From Bacilli bacterium (lineage in GTDB: Bacteria; Bacillota_I; Bacilli_A; RF39; UBA660): 64,000 nt of DNA. Below the pieces are notes generated by a model. It had not been told where the DNA came from. It did no database searches and saw nothing but the letters and a program-made list of their open reading frames with translations. The stretch spans positions 4,226 to 68,225 of the forward strand of contig JAEDJT010000002.1 in NCBI GenBank assembly GCA_016296185.1. Direction: 5' to 3'. The position numbers were made by a program, and so were the translations under genes. Each line of letters opens with the position of its first letter. Positions within the stretch are counted from its first letter, which is position 1. Of the stretch, positions 17,847 to 29,211 are shown piece by piece.

Positions 17847-19388
17847 ATGAAGAAGAACTATATTAAAATGAATGATAATGATGAACACTTAAGTTTAGGT
17901 AATTTATTTAGAATTATTAAGGAATTAAGTAAAAATAAATTTTCTGCATTACAAAGCGAAATATTTTGTTCTTTATTTGATGTAGATAATATTAATGATA
18001 CAACTGTTAATAATTATTGTGTTGGTTGTAGAAGTATTGGTGGAGAATATAAACAAATATTTTTAAATAAAAGTAATAGGTATAAAAAAGATAAAACTGA
18101 ATTTTGTAATAATATTATTCGTTTGTTATCTATTATTGATGGTAATGTTTATATTATAGATAATAATAAGATTGAGTTTATAAATAACAATAGTAGTGCT
18201 GAGTACTTAGCTAATAAGCTTTATAATATAGCTAAAAATGATAAAGATGTTAGTAATAGTTTAGTTGGTAATATTAAATCTTATATTCATGATTCAAATA
18301 TATATGAAGCTTTAGTTGAGGAATTATTATTTATAGTTTTATATAAGAAACAACCAATATATGAAAATGAATTAAAAAAAGAAGTTTTAGATAATATACT
18401 AAATGATACTAGTATTAGTAGTTCTAGTTTACAAGAATACTTATCTTTAAAATTAAGGGAAGGTATTAATTATGAATATTCGTTAAAACAATTAGCTTTA
18501 TCTGGTAATGCTTATGCTAATTTTGAAATGGGTACTAATGAGTTTTATGGTTATTATGCAGGATATCCTAGATATGATCATAGTTTAGAATATTTATCTA
18601 AAGCTGCTTCATTAGATCATGCAGGTGCTAATTATATGATAGGTAATATGTATATAAAAGGTTTGATTGGTAGCATGAGTGATCTTGAACTAGAAAAAGG
18701 TTATAAGTATTTATTAAAAGCTTTTGAATTAGGTAATGTAGCTGCTTCTAATGTTATTGGTAATATGTATAGAAATGGTATTCATCCTTTAAAGAAAGAT
18801 ATTAAAAAAGCCATTAAACATTATGAAATAGCTGCTGATAGTAATTATGTGTATGCATTTAATAATCTTGGTACTTTATATGAAGAACAAAATGATCTTA
18901 CTAAAGCTTTTGAATACTATATGAAATCTGCTGCTTTAGGTGAAAGTTGGGCTTGTAATAAAGTTGGAGAATATTATAGATTAGGATTATTAGAAAAAGA
19001 TATGAGTAAAGCTTTTAATTATTATAATAAAGCTTTGGATAGTAATTATAGAGTTTTATGTTATTATGCGTATTATAATTTAGCTTTATATTATTATTTA
19101 AATGGATATGATGATATTGTTCCTGTTAAGGATAAGGATACTGCTATTAAATATTTAACTATAGCTGGTAATAATGGTTGTTATGATGCTTATATTAAAT
19201 TATTTTATATCTATATTGATGAAATAATTAATGATAATAATAATTCTAATTATGATAATATGTTATTTGTTAAAAGTAAGATTGAAAACGATTCTAGATT
19301 TAATGAAGAATTAAAAATAGATATTGAAAATAAAATTAATGAGATAAAGAATAAGAAGAATGTAATAGATTTAAATGTTGTGATATAA
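17847..19388 (+). CDS. Sel1-like (TPR-type) repeat protein with distinct N-terminal domain
   Basis: The C-terminal half has repeated A..LG.MY..G.......A..YY.KAA units (GANYMIGNMYIKG, ASNVIGNMYRNG, AFNNLGTLYEE, ACNKVGEYYRLG). ATG at 17847 follows a GGTGA RBS. Confidence 0.65.
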   Translation: MKKNYIKMNDNDEHLSLGNLFRIIKELSKNKFSALQSEIFCSLFDVDNINDTTVNNYCVGCRSIGGEYKQIFLNKSNRYKKDKTEFCNNIIRLLSIIDGNVYIIDNNKIEFINNNSSAEYLANKLYNIAKNDKDVSNSLVGNIKSYIHDSNIYEALVEELLFIVLYKKQPIYENELKKEVLDNILNDTSISSSSLQEYLSLKLREGINYEYSLKQLALSGNAYANFEMGTNEFYGYYAGYPRYDHSLEYLSKAASLDHAGANYMIGNMYIKGLIGSMSDLELEKGYKYLLKAFELGNVAASNVIGNMYRNGIHPLKKDIKKAIKHYEIAADSNYVYAFNNLGTLYEEQNDLTKAFEYYMKSAALGESWACNKVGEYYRLGLLEKDMSKAFNYYNKALDSNYRVLCYYAYYNLALYYYLNGYDDIVPVKDKDTAIKYLTIAGNNGCYDAYIKLFYIYIDEIINDNNNSNYDNMLFVKSKIENDSRFNEELKIDIENKINEIKNKKNVIDLNVVI

Positions 19389-19409
19389 TTAATTTGGTAG
19401 GGTGATGTT

Positions 19410-20492
19410 ATGGATAGTTGTTATATTCATATTCCTTTTTGTAGAAGCATTTGTAGCTATTGTGACTTTTGTAAATTACTATATAATGGTCCATGGGTTA
19501 CAAAATATTTAAATGCTTTATTAATGGAAATTAATGATAGGTATCATGGAGAAAAAATTCATACTATGTATATTGGTGGTGGAACTCCGTCTATATTACA
19601 AGGTAAAGATTTAAGATACTTATTTGATATTCTTAATAAGATTGATTTATCTGAAGTTGAAGAATTTACTTTTGAATGTAATTTAAATGATATAAATGAA
19701 GATATGCTTAGTATATTAAAAGAGAATGGTGTTAATAGATTAAGTATTGGTATAGAATCTTTTGACGAAAAAAAGCTTGAATTTATGGAAAGAAAACATG
19801 ATTTTGATGATGCTAAAAATAAAATTGAATTATGTAGAAAAAAAGGTTTTGACAATATTAATGTTGATTTAATATATGGTATTCCTGGTGAAACATTAAA
19901 AGATTTAAAAAAAGATATTGGTTTGATTTTAAAATTAGAACCTGATCATATTAGTACATATTCTTTAATAGTTGAAGATAATACTAAGATTAGTAATAAT
20001 GGAGTTATACCTATTCCTGAAGAATTAGATGCATCTATGTATGAAATGATATTAGATGAACTTGATAAAAAAGATTATGAACATTATGAAATTTCTAATT
20101 TTGCTAAAAAAGGTAAAGAGAGTAAACATAATTTAAAATATTGGAATAATGAAGAATATTATGGGTTTGGATTAGGCGCTCATGGATACGTTAATGGTGT
20201 TAGATATCAAAACACTAGAAGTTTAACTGAATATTTTGAAGGCAAATATATATTAAGTTCTGAGTTACTTAGTTTAGAAGATAAAATGTATAATGAAGTT
20301 ATGCTTGGTTTTAGAAAAATGGAAGGTATAAATTTACAAGATTTTTATAATAAATATGAAATCAATTTACAAGAAGCTTTTAATTTAAGGACCGCTATTA
20401 AAGAAAAAGAATTAATATATGAAGATGGTTATATATATATTAACCCTGATTATATTTATGTAATGAATGAAATACTGATTAAAATACTTTAA
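19410..20492 (+). CDS. hemW: Radical SAM heme chaperone HemW (HemN-like, oxygen-independent coproporphyrinogen oxidase family)
   Basis: YIHIPFCRSICSYCDF CxxxCxxC motif, YIGGGTPS, and the position after lepA as in other Firmicutes. Confidence 0.85.
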   Translation: MDSCYIHIPFCRSICSYCDFCKLLYNGPWVTKYLNALLMEINDRYHGEKIHTMYIGGGTPSILQGKDLRYLFDILNKIDLSEVEEFTFECNLNDINEDMLSILKENGVNRLSIGIESFDEKKLEFMERKHDFDDAKNKIELCRKKGFDNINVDLIYGIPGETLKDLKKDIGLILKLEPDHISTYSLIVEDNTKISNNGVIPIPEELDASMYEMILDELDKKDYEHYEISNFAKKGKESKHNLKYWNNEEYYGFGLGAHGYVNGVRYQNTRSLTEYFEGKYILSSELLSLEDKMYNEVMLGFRKMEGINLQDFYNKYEINLQEAFNLRTAIKEKELIYEDGYIYINPDYIYVMNEILIKIL

Positions 20493-20547
20493 TTAGTATT
20501 TTTTTGTGTTATAATAGTTGTAGATTAATAGTAAAGGAGTGTGTATT

Positions 20548-20829
20548 ATGGCTACAAAAAGTGATGCTAAAAAAACAACTAAAAAAGCTAGTACAACAAA
20601 AAGTACTGCAACAAAAAGTACTTCATCTAAAAATGTAAGTAAATTTAAAGGAACAAGTAAAACATTTGAAAGATATATGTCTGTTTGTAGATTTATAATT
20701 GTTTTATGTTCTATTCTTTTAGTTTCTAGTATATTCTTTATGGTAGGTTATGGATTTAAAGAAGAAACTGATAAATATCCAGCTGTTATCGTAAAGACTG
20801 TTGAAGAGAGCGCTAATAATGAAGAGTGA
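20548..20829 (+). CDS. Small membrane protein with Lys/Thr/Ser-rich N-terminal tail
   Basis: AAAGGAG RBS. KKTTKKASTTKSTATKSTSSK tail followed by one TM. TGA stop. Confidence 0.45.
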   Translation: MATKSDAKKTTKKASTTKSTATKSTSSKNVSKFKGTSKTFERYMSVCRFIIVLCSILLVSSIFFMVGYGFKEETDKYPAVIVKTVEESANNEE

Positions 20830-21487
20830 TAAAACTCAAATAATATTATCATATGTTTTAACTATTATCTTTATAGTAGCTTGTGTTATTGGTGGAGCTA
20901 TAGCTGGAGATAAGTTATCTAATTTGAAAAAAGATAATAATGAAGAAAAAGTTCAAACTAAGTATGTCAGCAAAGTTGAAGACGAATTTGTTGAAGGAAA
21001 ACATTTAACAGAAGTTAATTATTATGATTCTTTTGAATGCGAAAATTTGGAGTGCAAAGGTGAATTTGTTTATTCTAATGATGGTAAAAAAATACAATAT
21101 AATGGAAAAGTATTAGAAGGATCTAGTCCTTTTATCTTTACTAATGGTGACAAAGAACAATATATTAATAATATTGAATCTGTTACTAGTTATGTTGATG
21201 ATGAAGGTAATTATTATTTTATGTTTGATATCTATTATATGTTATTAAAAGATTATGAATTTGAATTTGCTTTATATGATGAAGATTTAAATCTTATTCA
21301 TGAATTTAAACATGTAGTAGATTATAGAATTGTCGAATTAGAAAAAGATGATAAAGTAACAACATGTTTCTATTATTCTACTTTTGATGAAGGTAAATTA
21401 GATTATCATAAATATATTGTTGGTGAAAAAGATTATGTATTTTATTCTATTGACGGTGCTAATATAAAAGAATATATTGAAGAATAG
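20819..21487 (+). CDS. Hypothetical N-terminally anchored extracytoplasmic protein
   Basis: ATG at 20819 overlaps the end of the previous gene. One N-terminal TM (IILSYVLTIIFIVACVIGGAIAG) then a soluble domain. Confidence 0.45.
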   Translation: MKSDKTQIILSYVLTIIFIVACVIGGAIAGDKLSNLKKDNNEEKVQTKYVSKVEDEFVEGKHLTEVNYYDSFECENLECKGEFVYSNDGKKIQYNGKVLEGSSPFIFTNGDKEQYINNIESVTSYVDDEGNYYFMFDIYYMLLKDYEFEFALYDEDLNLIHEFKHVVDYRIVELEKDDKVTTCFYYSTFDEGKLDYHKYIVGEKDYVFYSIDGANIKEYIEE

Positions 21488-21495
21488 GGGATAAT

Positions 21496-22107
21496 ATGGA
21501 AAAGAAAGAAAATGTATTTTTTGGTATTGTAAAAGCATTATTTATAATTGTATTTATTGCTGGATGTACTATTGGTGGTGTATATACTGGTCAAAAACTT
21601 GCTGAAAATAATTTTGGTAAAATAGAAAATAAAGAAGATAAAAAAGAAGAAGACAAAGAGAAATCACTTAATAACTGTGCTTCAGATGTTGCAAATATTA
21701 TTAAGAATGCTAAAGGTAATTATTTTAATGTTACTTATAATTCCGATACAGCATATGTAAGTTATAGAAGTATAGCTGGTACTGAAGAAGATAGTTTGGC
21801 TATTGAAGGCGATAGCATTAGTTTTGATAAAAAGGTTTCTAAGATTGGTGTTTACCAAAATGCAACTACAGATGCTAGTGAACAATTAATGGTTATTTAT
21901 GAAGATGGTACTGTTGATAGTGTTTATTTAAATGTTGATAGTAAATTGACTAAAATGGCTGTTAATGACTTTAAAGAATATAAAGTTAAAGATATTTTAT
22001 CTTTGGAATATGATTTAGTTCTTGATGAAGCAACTAATAGTGCTAAAATGACAATGAAGGCTGAATTATTATTACAAGATGATTCTAAAGTAGTAGTAAA
22101 CAAATAA
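21496..22107 (+). CDS. Hypothetical N-terminally anchored extracytoplasmic protein
   Basis: GGGGATAA RBS, one TM (FFGIVKALFIIVFIAGCTIGGVY), a charged linker and a soluble domain. Confidence 0.45.
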   Translation: MEKKENVFFGIVKALFIIVFIAGCTIGGVYTGQKLAENNFGKIENKEDKKEEDKEKSLNNCASDVANIIKNAKGNYFNVTYNSDTAYVSYRSIAGTEEDSLAIEGDSISFDKKVSKIGVYQNATTDASEQLMVIYEDGTVDSVYLNVDSKLTKMAVNDFKEYKVKDILSLEYDLVLDEATNSAKMTMKAELLLQDDSKVVVNK

Positions 22108-22168
22108 TAAAAAAGATAGTTTTCTATCTTTTTTTTATGATATAATTAGATATATAAAAGTAGAGAGG

Positions 22169-24487
22169 ATGTTTTATATGAACGATATCGATAGAGAAGA
22201 TACTAAACCTATTAAAGTATTATCTGAGATTAATGATGAACCGATGACTCGTGTTAAGAAAAATTCTGATATTGATAATGAATCATCAGTTAGTAGAAGT
22301 GAAAAGTATAAAGATGTAGATGAAGAAGTTTTAGAAACTACTGAAGAAGAAAAAGCTGAAGAAGCATTAGCTGAAAAAAATATTGAAGAAGCAGAAGCTT
22401 TACTTGCTGAGGAGAAAAAAGAAGAAGAAGAAGCAGAAGAACCAGCTAAAGAAGAAAATAGTGAAAAAGGTATTAAAAAATTAATTACTAAATTTAAAGC
22501 ATTACCTAAAGGTGCAAAAATTGGAATTATAATTGGAATTATTATTTTAATAATTGGAATTATAGTTGGTATTTTATTATTAACTAAAAAAGATAATAAA
22601 GTTGAAGAAAAACAACCAGATGCTATAGAAGAAGCACCTGTAATAGTAGATAATTTCTATTATAAGAATGGTTATTTATATTTTTTAGATGATAGTGAAA
22701 ATGAAATTGGTTCTTATGAATGTGCTAATAAAGATGCTGATTTATGTTATGTAGCATTTAATAATTATAGAGATTCATTTGATAGTGTAGCTACTGTTGA
22801 TCAAGATGGAAAAGATATTCCTCAAAGAATGCCTATATTTAATGATAATTATGTATTTATTAATGATAATTCTAATGAAAAAGATGAAAAAGTTGTTATG
22901 TATTCAATTACTTCTGGAAAAGAAATTGATACTTATAAAACTGTTAAATCTTATGATTCAGGTTATATTGTATATAGTAGTTTAAGCAATAATCAATATG
23001 GTTTATTAAAAATTGAAGGAGATTCAGTTTCTGATTTAATTAAACCTATATATAATTATTTAGGTATGATTGATGGTAGAGAAGAAATCTTAGCTTTAAG
23101 TAGCAAAGGTTATGTATTAATTAATGATAGAGGAAAAGAATTAAGTTCACCATTAGCTAGTAATTTAGAAATTAAACAATATAGCGACAGTTTAATTGTT
23201 GCTAAAACTGGTGGAGATTATAGTGTTTATAATTATAAAGGTGATTTATTAGCTGATAGTTATACATTTGCTACTGTAGTTGATAACTATATGGGATTAG
23301 TTGATTCTAATAATAAATTATATATTAGAGATTTTGAAAATAATAAAATGAATGAAGAAGGTATATCTTTAAAAAATAAAGAATATGTATTAACTTATGT
23401 TTATAATGAAGATAAATCTTTAGATAAAGCTAAACAAAGCTTTTCACTTGAATTAAAAGATGAAGTATTAGCTGTTGCTATTTATCCTTCTGATTTTAAA
23501 GATCCTAATTATACTAATTTAGATTACAATATTATTTATACTAATAAAAAATATAATATGATGAATTATTTTGATGGTAAATTATATTTCTATAAAGATG
23601 AAGGAAAGACTGAATTAATTGGTAGTTATACATGTAATAATAAAAATACTATTGGTAACAATAACGAATTAACTTCATGTAATGTAGCTAAAGAAGCTTC
23701 TTATGAAGATAATGAAAGTTATACTAATACTTTAAATAAAGATTTTACAATTCCGATGATTCATAATAGATTTGTATTTATTGGTGATGGTAAAGGTACT
23801 ACTGTTTTATATGATTTAGTTGATAATAAAACTTTAGGTACTTATGAATCTGTTAGTAGTTATGTTGATTCTATTGATAGTAAATTTACTAATGTAGATA
23901 AAGATATAGTATTTACTGCTTTAAATAAAAAAGGTAAATATGGTATGGTTTCTTTAACTAGTAGTGGAGCAAGTGCTAAGATTAGATTTGAATATAATAA
24001 ATTAGAAAAATTTAGTAATAATTATATTTTAGCTCAAAATAGTGAAAATAAATGGTTATTAATATATGGTAATACTGATAGTACTTCAGTTGCTTATGAT
24101 TATAAAATTCAAAAAATTACTAGTGATAAAGCTTATTTTAAAGTAGGTAGTGGAGATAAATATTATATTTATAATACTACTGGTGCTAAAGTAGTTAATT
24201 CTGACTTTAAGTACATTAATATGTATCCTACATATTTTATTGGTGTTAATAGTTCTAATGAATTATATTTATATGATTATACTGGTAAAAAATTAACTAA
24301 TGAAGCTATTAAAGTAAATGGAACTAGTTGTAGTATTGGTGAATTTGCTACTGCTACTATAAGTGGTAACTCTTATACTATTAATTATTGTAGTAATGGT
24401 AGTTCATATGAAACTAAAAAGATAGATAATACTCCTATTAGTGATCCTAAGAAAGAGGAACCTAAAGAAGAGGAAAAAGAACAATAA
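22169..24487 (+). CDS. Large membrane-anchored protein with acidic N-terminus and WG/YG-type beta-repeats (internally duplicated)
   Basis: 772 aa. Glu-rich cytoplasmic N-terminus, TM (IGIIIGIILIIGIIVGILLL), then two copies of a module containing ELIGSY-C-NK...C-VA and YGLLKIEG / KYGMVSL repeats that resemble WG-containing repeats. Start may be 22178. Confidence 0.5.
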   Translation: MFYMNDIDREDTKPIKVLSEINDEPMTRVKKNSDIDNESSVSRSEKYKDVDEEVLETTEEEKAEEALAEKNIEEAEALLAEEKKEEEEAEEPAKEENSEKGIKKLITKFKALPKGAKIGIIIGIIILIIGIIVGILLLTKKDNKVEEKQPDAIEEAPVIVDNFYYKNGYLYFLDDSENEIGSYECANKDADLCYVAFNNYRDSFDSVATVDQDGKDIPQRMPIFNDNYVFINDNSNEKDEKVVMYSITSGKEIDTYKTVKSYDSGYIVYSSLSNNQYGLLKIEGDSVSDLIKPIYNYLGMIDGREEILALSSKGYVLINDRGKELSSPLASNLEIKQYSDSLIVAKTGGDYSVYNYKGDLLADSYTFATVVDNYMGLVDSNNKLYIRDFENNKMNEEGISLKNKEYVLTYVYNEDKSLDKAKQSFSLELKDEVLAVAIYPSDFKDPNYTNLDYNIIYTNKKYNMMNYFDGKLYFYKDEGKTELIGSYTCNNKNTIGNNNELTSCNVAKEASYEDNESYTNTLNKDFTIPMIHNRFVFIGDGKGTTVLYDLVDNKTLGTYESVSSYVDSIDSKFTNVDKDIVFTALNKKGKYGMVSLTSSGASAKIRFEYNKLEKFSNNYILAQNSENKWLLIYGNTDSTSVAYDYKIQKITSDKAYFKVGSGDKYYIYNTTGAKVVNSDFKYINMYPTYFIGVNSSNELYLYDYTGKKLTNEAIKVNGTSCSIGEFATATISGNSYTINYCSNGSSYETKKIDNTPISDPKKEEPKEEEKEQ

Positions 24488-24517
24488 AAAAATCTAACGT
24501 AATGTTAGATTTTTTTA
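24486..24517. terminator. Bidirectional terminator between convergent genes
   Basis: AAAAAATCTAAC (24487-24498) pairs with GTTAGATTTTTT (24504-24515), 5-nt loop. Overlaps the stop codon of the minus-strand gene. Confidence 0.65.
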
Positions 24518-25492
24518 TTTGTCTCCTTCAACATAATATGCATAATATTCATCGAATGTTATATTTTCATCATGTATTTTTTTAGCTGCTATTTCACCAA
24601 CATATCTGAAGTGCCAGCTTTCTGTTGAATATCCTGTTATATTTTCTTTATTTTCTGGATATCTTAATATGAATCCATACTTGTAACAATTGTTTTTTAA
24701 CCATTCGTATTCTTCTGATTCTGAAAAAACTTTTGCATTTGGATGTTCTAATGATGTAATATCTATTGCTAAACCTGTTTGATGTTCTGAATATCCAGGT
24801 CTTGCAGCATAAGAATCAGCGTATTTTAAACTTACTTTTTTAAATTCATTATATATTTCTTCTTGTGTTTCGTATGATCTGTATGAAGAATTAATCATTA
24901 ATCTTACACCTAATTTTTCTTCGACATCAGCTTTCATATCTTTAAATGCTAATAATACTTTTTCAGCTGCTTCATTATCAGCATATGCGTATGATAATTG
25001 TGCTTTTACTAAATCGTCTCTTTCAAATTCATTATTTAAATGATAAAACTTATTTACTAATATTAAATCGCCTTTAGTTATATCTGTATCTATTTCTTTA
25101 TTGTACCAACCTGATGCAGCATTGGTATTTACTAGTGCTATTATTAAATCTATTTCTTCTTTTTCATGTAATTCTTGGTATTGGACATATGCTTCAAAAT
25201 TTTTGTTTAAGTAATATTTTGATGAAATGATATCATAATATGTTTCATTATAATTATTTGTTTTTAAATAATTAACTATTTCATCATTAGTATTATTTAT
25301 TATATATTCGGCTTTTTCTTTTTCATAACCAATTTCAATTAATTTGTATTCGTCAGTCTTTTTATATTGTTCTTCTTTATATATTTTAATTGATTCATTT
25401 ATTGCATATATTCCTACTATTACGAATACTAATATATATAACATGGCTCTTTTTACTTCTGTTCTTAATTTTCGTCTTCTTTTCTTTGCCAT
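24515..25492 (-). CDS. D-alanyl-D-alanine carboxypeptidase, VanY/peptidase M15B family, membrane-anchored
   Basis: SSYRSYETQEEIY, GYSEHQTGLAIDI, ESWHFRYVG motifs, with an N-terminal basic tail plus TM. Confidence 0.75.
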   Translation of the reverse strand: MAKKRRRKLRTEVKRAMLYILVFVIVGIYAINESIKIYKEEQYKKTDEYKLIEIGYEKEKAEYIINNTNDEIVNYLKTNNYNETYYDIISSKYYLNKNFEAYVQYQELHEKEEIDLIIALVNTNAASGWYNKEIDTDITKGDLILVNKFYHLNNEFERDDLVKAQLSYAYADNEAAEKVLLAFKDMKADVEEKLGVRLMINSSYRSYETQEEIYNEFKKVSLKYADSYAARPGYSEHQTGLAIDITSLEHPNAKVFSESEEYEWLKNNCYKYGFILRYPENKENITGYSTESWHFRYVGEIAAKKIHDENITFDEYYAYYVEGDK

Positions 25493-25559
25493 ATTATCAC
25501 CTCTATATTAAAATTATATCATTTACATTTATAATTGTGTATTATATTTTTAATAAATA

Positions 25560-25588
25560 TTAGCACTCAACCATTGACAAGTGCTAGT
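25560..25588 (+). promoter_or_regulatory. CIRCE-like inverted repeat 1 (imperfect), overlapping the -35 box
   Basis: TTAGCACTC, 11-nt spacer, AGTGCTAGT. The spacer contains TTGACA. Confidence 0.5.
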
Positions 25589-25601
25589 TAAGTGATATAA
25601 T
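25574..25601 (+). promoter_or_regulatory. hrcA operon promoter: TTGACA, 16-nt spacer, TATAAT
   Basis: TTGACA at 25574-25579 and TATAAT at 25596-25601. Confidence 0.65.
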
Positions 25602-25605
25602 TATA

Positions 25606-25632
25606 TTAGCACTTATTTTAAAAGAGTGCTAA
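25606..25632 (+). promoter_or_regulatory. CIRCE operator (HrcA binding site)
   Basis: TTAGCACTT, 9-nt spacer, GAGTGCTAA. One mismatch to the consensus TTAGCACTC-N9-GAGTGCTAA. Located between the -10 box and the hrcA start. Confidence 0.85.
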
Positions 25633-25646
25633 TAGAGGTGACTATT

Positions 25647-26645
25647 ATGAACAATAGACAAAATGAGCTATTAAAAGAAATAGTTGAATCTTACATTAAT
25701 ACTGTTAAACCTGTTGGTAGTAAAGCATTGTGTAAGAAATTTAAGTTATCTTCCGCTACCATTCGTAATGAGATGGCTGAGTTAGAAAAATTAGGATATC
25801 TTGAAAAGAATCACGTATCAAGTGGTCGAGTTCCTTCGGAAGCCGGTTACAAGTATTATGTTGATCATTTAATGAAACCTAAAGAACTTAATGGCGAAGA
25901 AATGTTAAAGTTACAAACTATATTTAATAATCAACAACTACAAGTTAGTGATGCAATTGTTCAATGTATGGAAATAATAAGTGAACTTACTAATTATACG
26001 AGTGTAGTATTAGGTAAAAATAGTAGTGATAATACATTACAACAAGTTACTATTATTCCTATAGAAAATAATAAAATAGTTGCTTTGGTTTGTACTAACA
26101 AAGGTATCGTAGAAAATAAGAAATTTACTTTACCAGAAAACATATTTGTTGAAGAAGTTTCTAAAACATGTGAAATTATTAATAAGATGTTAGTTGGAAC
26201 TCCTATTAATCGAGTTAGTGAAAGATTAGAATTTGAAATTAAGCCGGTTATTAGTAAAACAATACAACAATACGAAGCTATTTATTCTATCTTTCATGAT
26301 GCTTTTAATGATTTTACTAAAGCAAATAGTAATGTTTTCTTTAGTGGTAAAGCTAATATTTTGAAACAACCTGAATATGGAAGTATTGATGAAGTTAAAA
26401 GAATTGTTTCAAAATTTGAAGATGAATCTTTAGTTAGAAAAATCGAAGAAAATGAAGATGGTGTTAATGTTTACATTGGTGATGATAATGAATTTGATTC
26501 AAATGTAACTGTCATTAAAAGTAAATATAATATAAATGGTGAAGAAGGTACTTTAGCTATAGTTGGTCCTAAAAGAATGGAATATGATAAAGTTATCGGA
26601 TTACTAGAATATATTAATAAAGAAATTGATAAAAATAATAAATAA
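25647..26645 (+). CDS. hrcA: Heat-inducible transcription repressor HrcA
   Basis: N-terminal RQNELLKEIVESYINTVKPVGSKAL winged-helix region. Sits at the head of the grpE-dnaK operon behind CIRCE. GAGGTGA RBS before the ATG at 25647. Confidence 0.9.
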   Translation: MNNRQNELLKEIVESYINTVKPVGSKALCKKFKLSSATIRNEMAELEKLGYLEKNHVSSGRVPSEAGYKYYVDHLMKPKELNGEEMLKLQTIFNNQQLQVSDAIVQCMEIISELTNYTSVVLGKNSSDNTLQQVTIIPIENNKIVALVCTNKGIVENKKFTLPENIFVEEVSKTCEIINKMLVGTPINRVSERLEFEIKPVISKTIQQYEAIYSIFHDAFNDFTKANSNVFFSGKANILKQPEYGSIDEVKRIVSKFEDESLVRKIEENEDGVNVYIGDDNEFDSNVTVIKSKYNINGEEGTLAIVGPKRMEYDKVIGLLEYINKEIDKNNK

Positions 26646-26706
26646 TTACGTGAGTAATTTTTGACTTACTGTAATATGAAATACAACGAAAGAGAGATGA
26701 TTTCTC

Positions 26707-27309
26707 GTGGCAGAAAAAAAGAAAACTGAGAAAGTATTAGAGGAAAACGCTATTCAAGATGAAAATGTTGAAGTTGAAACTCTTGAAGAAGTTGTAGACT
26801 CAGAAGAAAAAGAAGTTAAGGAATCTAAAAAAGGTATTTTTAAAAAGAAAAATGATTCTGAATTTCAAAAATTAGTTGAAGAAAATAAAGTTCTTCAAGA
26901 TAAAGTTCTTCGTGTTACTGCAGAAATGCAAAACATGAAAAGAAGAATGGAAGAGGAACGAAGTAATCTTCTTAAATATGAAGGTGAAGATTTTATTAAA
27001 TCTATTCTTCCAATTGCTGATAACTTTGAAAGAGCTATAGGAGTTAATGAAGAAGGATTAAGTGAAGAAGTTGTTAAATATTTAAATGGATTTAAAATGA
27101 TTTATTCTAACTTAAGTAGCATTTTACAAAGTAATCAAGTAGAAATTATAGATGCTATTAACAAACCTTTTGATCCTAATACTATGGATGCTGTTATGAC
27201 AGAAGAAAATAGTGAAGTAGAACCTAATACTGTTATAGATGTTTTACAAAAAGGATATACTTATAAAGGTAAAGTTATTAGACATGCTATGGTAAAAGTA
27301 AGCAAATAA
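26707..27309 (+). CDS. grpE: Nucleotide exchange factor GrpE
   Basis: RVTAEMQNMKRR, ILPIADNFERA, and KGYTYKGKVIRHAMVKVS at the C-terminus. GTG start. Confidence 0.9.
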   Translation: MAEKKKTEKVLEENAIQDENVEVETLEEVVDSEEKEVKESKKGIFKKKNDSEFQKLVEENKVLQDKVLRVTAEMQNMKRRMEEERSNLLKYEGEDFIKSILPIADNFERAIGVNEEGLSEEVVKYLNGFKMIYSNLSSILQSNQVEIIDAINKPFDPNTMDAVMTEENSEVEPNTVIDVLQKGYTYKGKVIRHAMVKVSK

Positions 27310-27318
27310 AAAATATAG

Positions 27319-29148
<1,830 letters not shown>

Positions 29149-29160
29149 TAATATGTACTT

Positions 29161-29186
29161 AAAAGTTCTAGGAGACTAGAACTTTT
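29161..29186 (+). terminator. Perfect 11-bp hairpin after dnaK (attenuator or processing site; weak U-tract)
   Basis: AAAAGTTCTAG (29161-71) pairs with CTAGAACTTTT (29176-86) across a GAGA tetraloop. Only a TTTT run follows. Confidence 0.45.
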
Positions 29187-29211
29187 AGGTTATTTATGAA
29201 AGGAATTTATC

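Noticed and set aside
7057-19388. The 12-kb block between lepA and hemW as a prophage, ICE or transposon
   Set aside because: It has no integrase, recombinase, transposase, phage structural or conjugation genes. There is no flanking tRNA, and I could see no direct or inverted terminal repeats. Composition looks like the backbone.
26646-26706. A third CIRCE element or internal promoter between hrcA and grpE
   Set aside because: No TTAGCACTC/GAGTGCTAA half-sites are present. There is only a weak 5-bp hairpin and a poor TTGACT-like hexamer without a matching -10 box.
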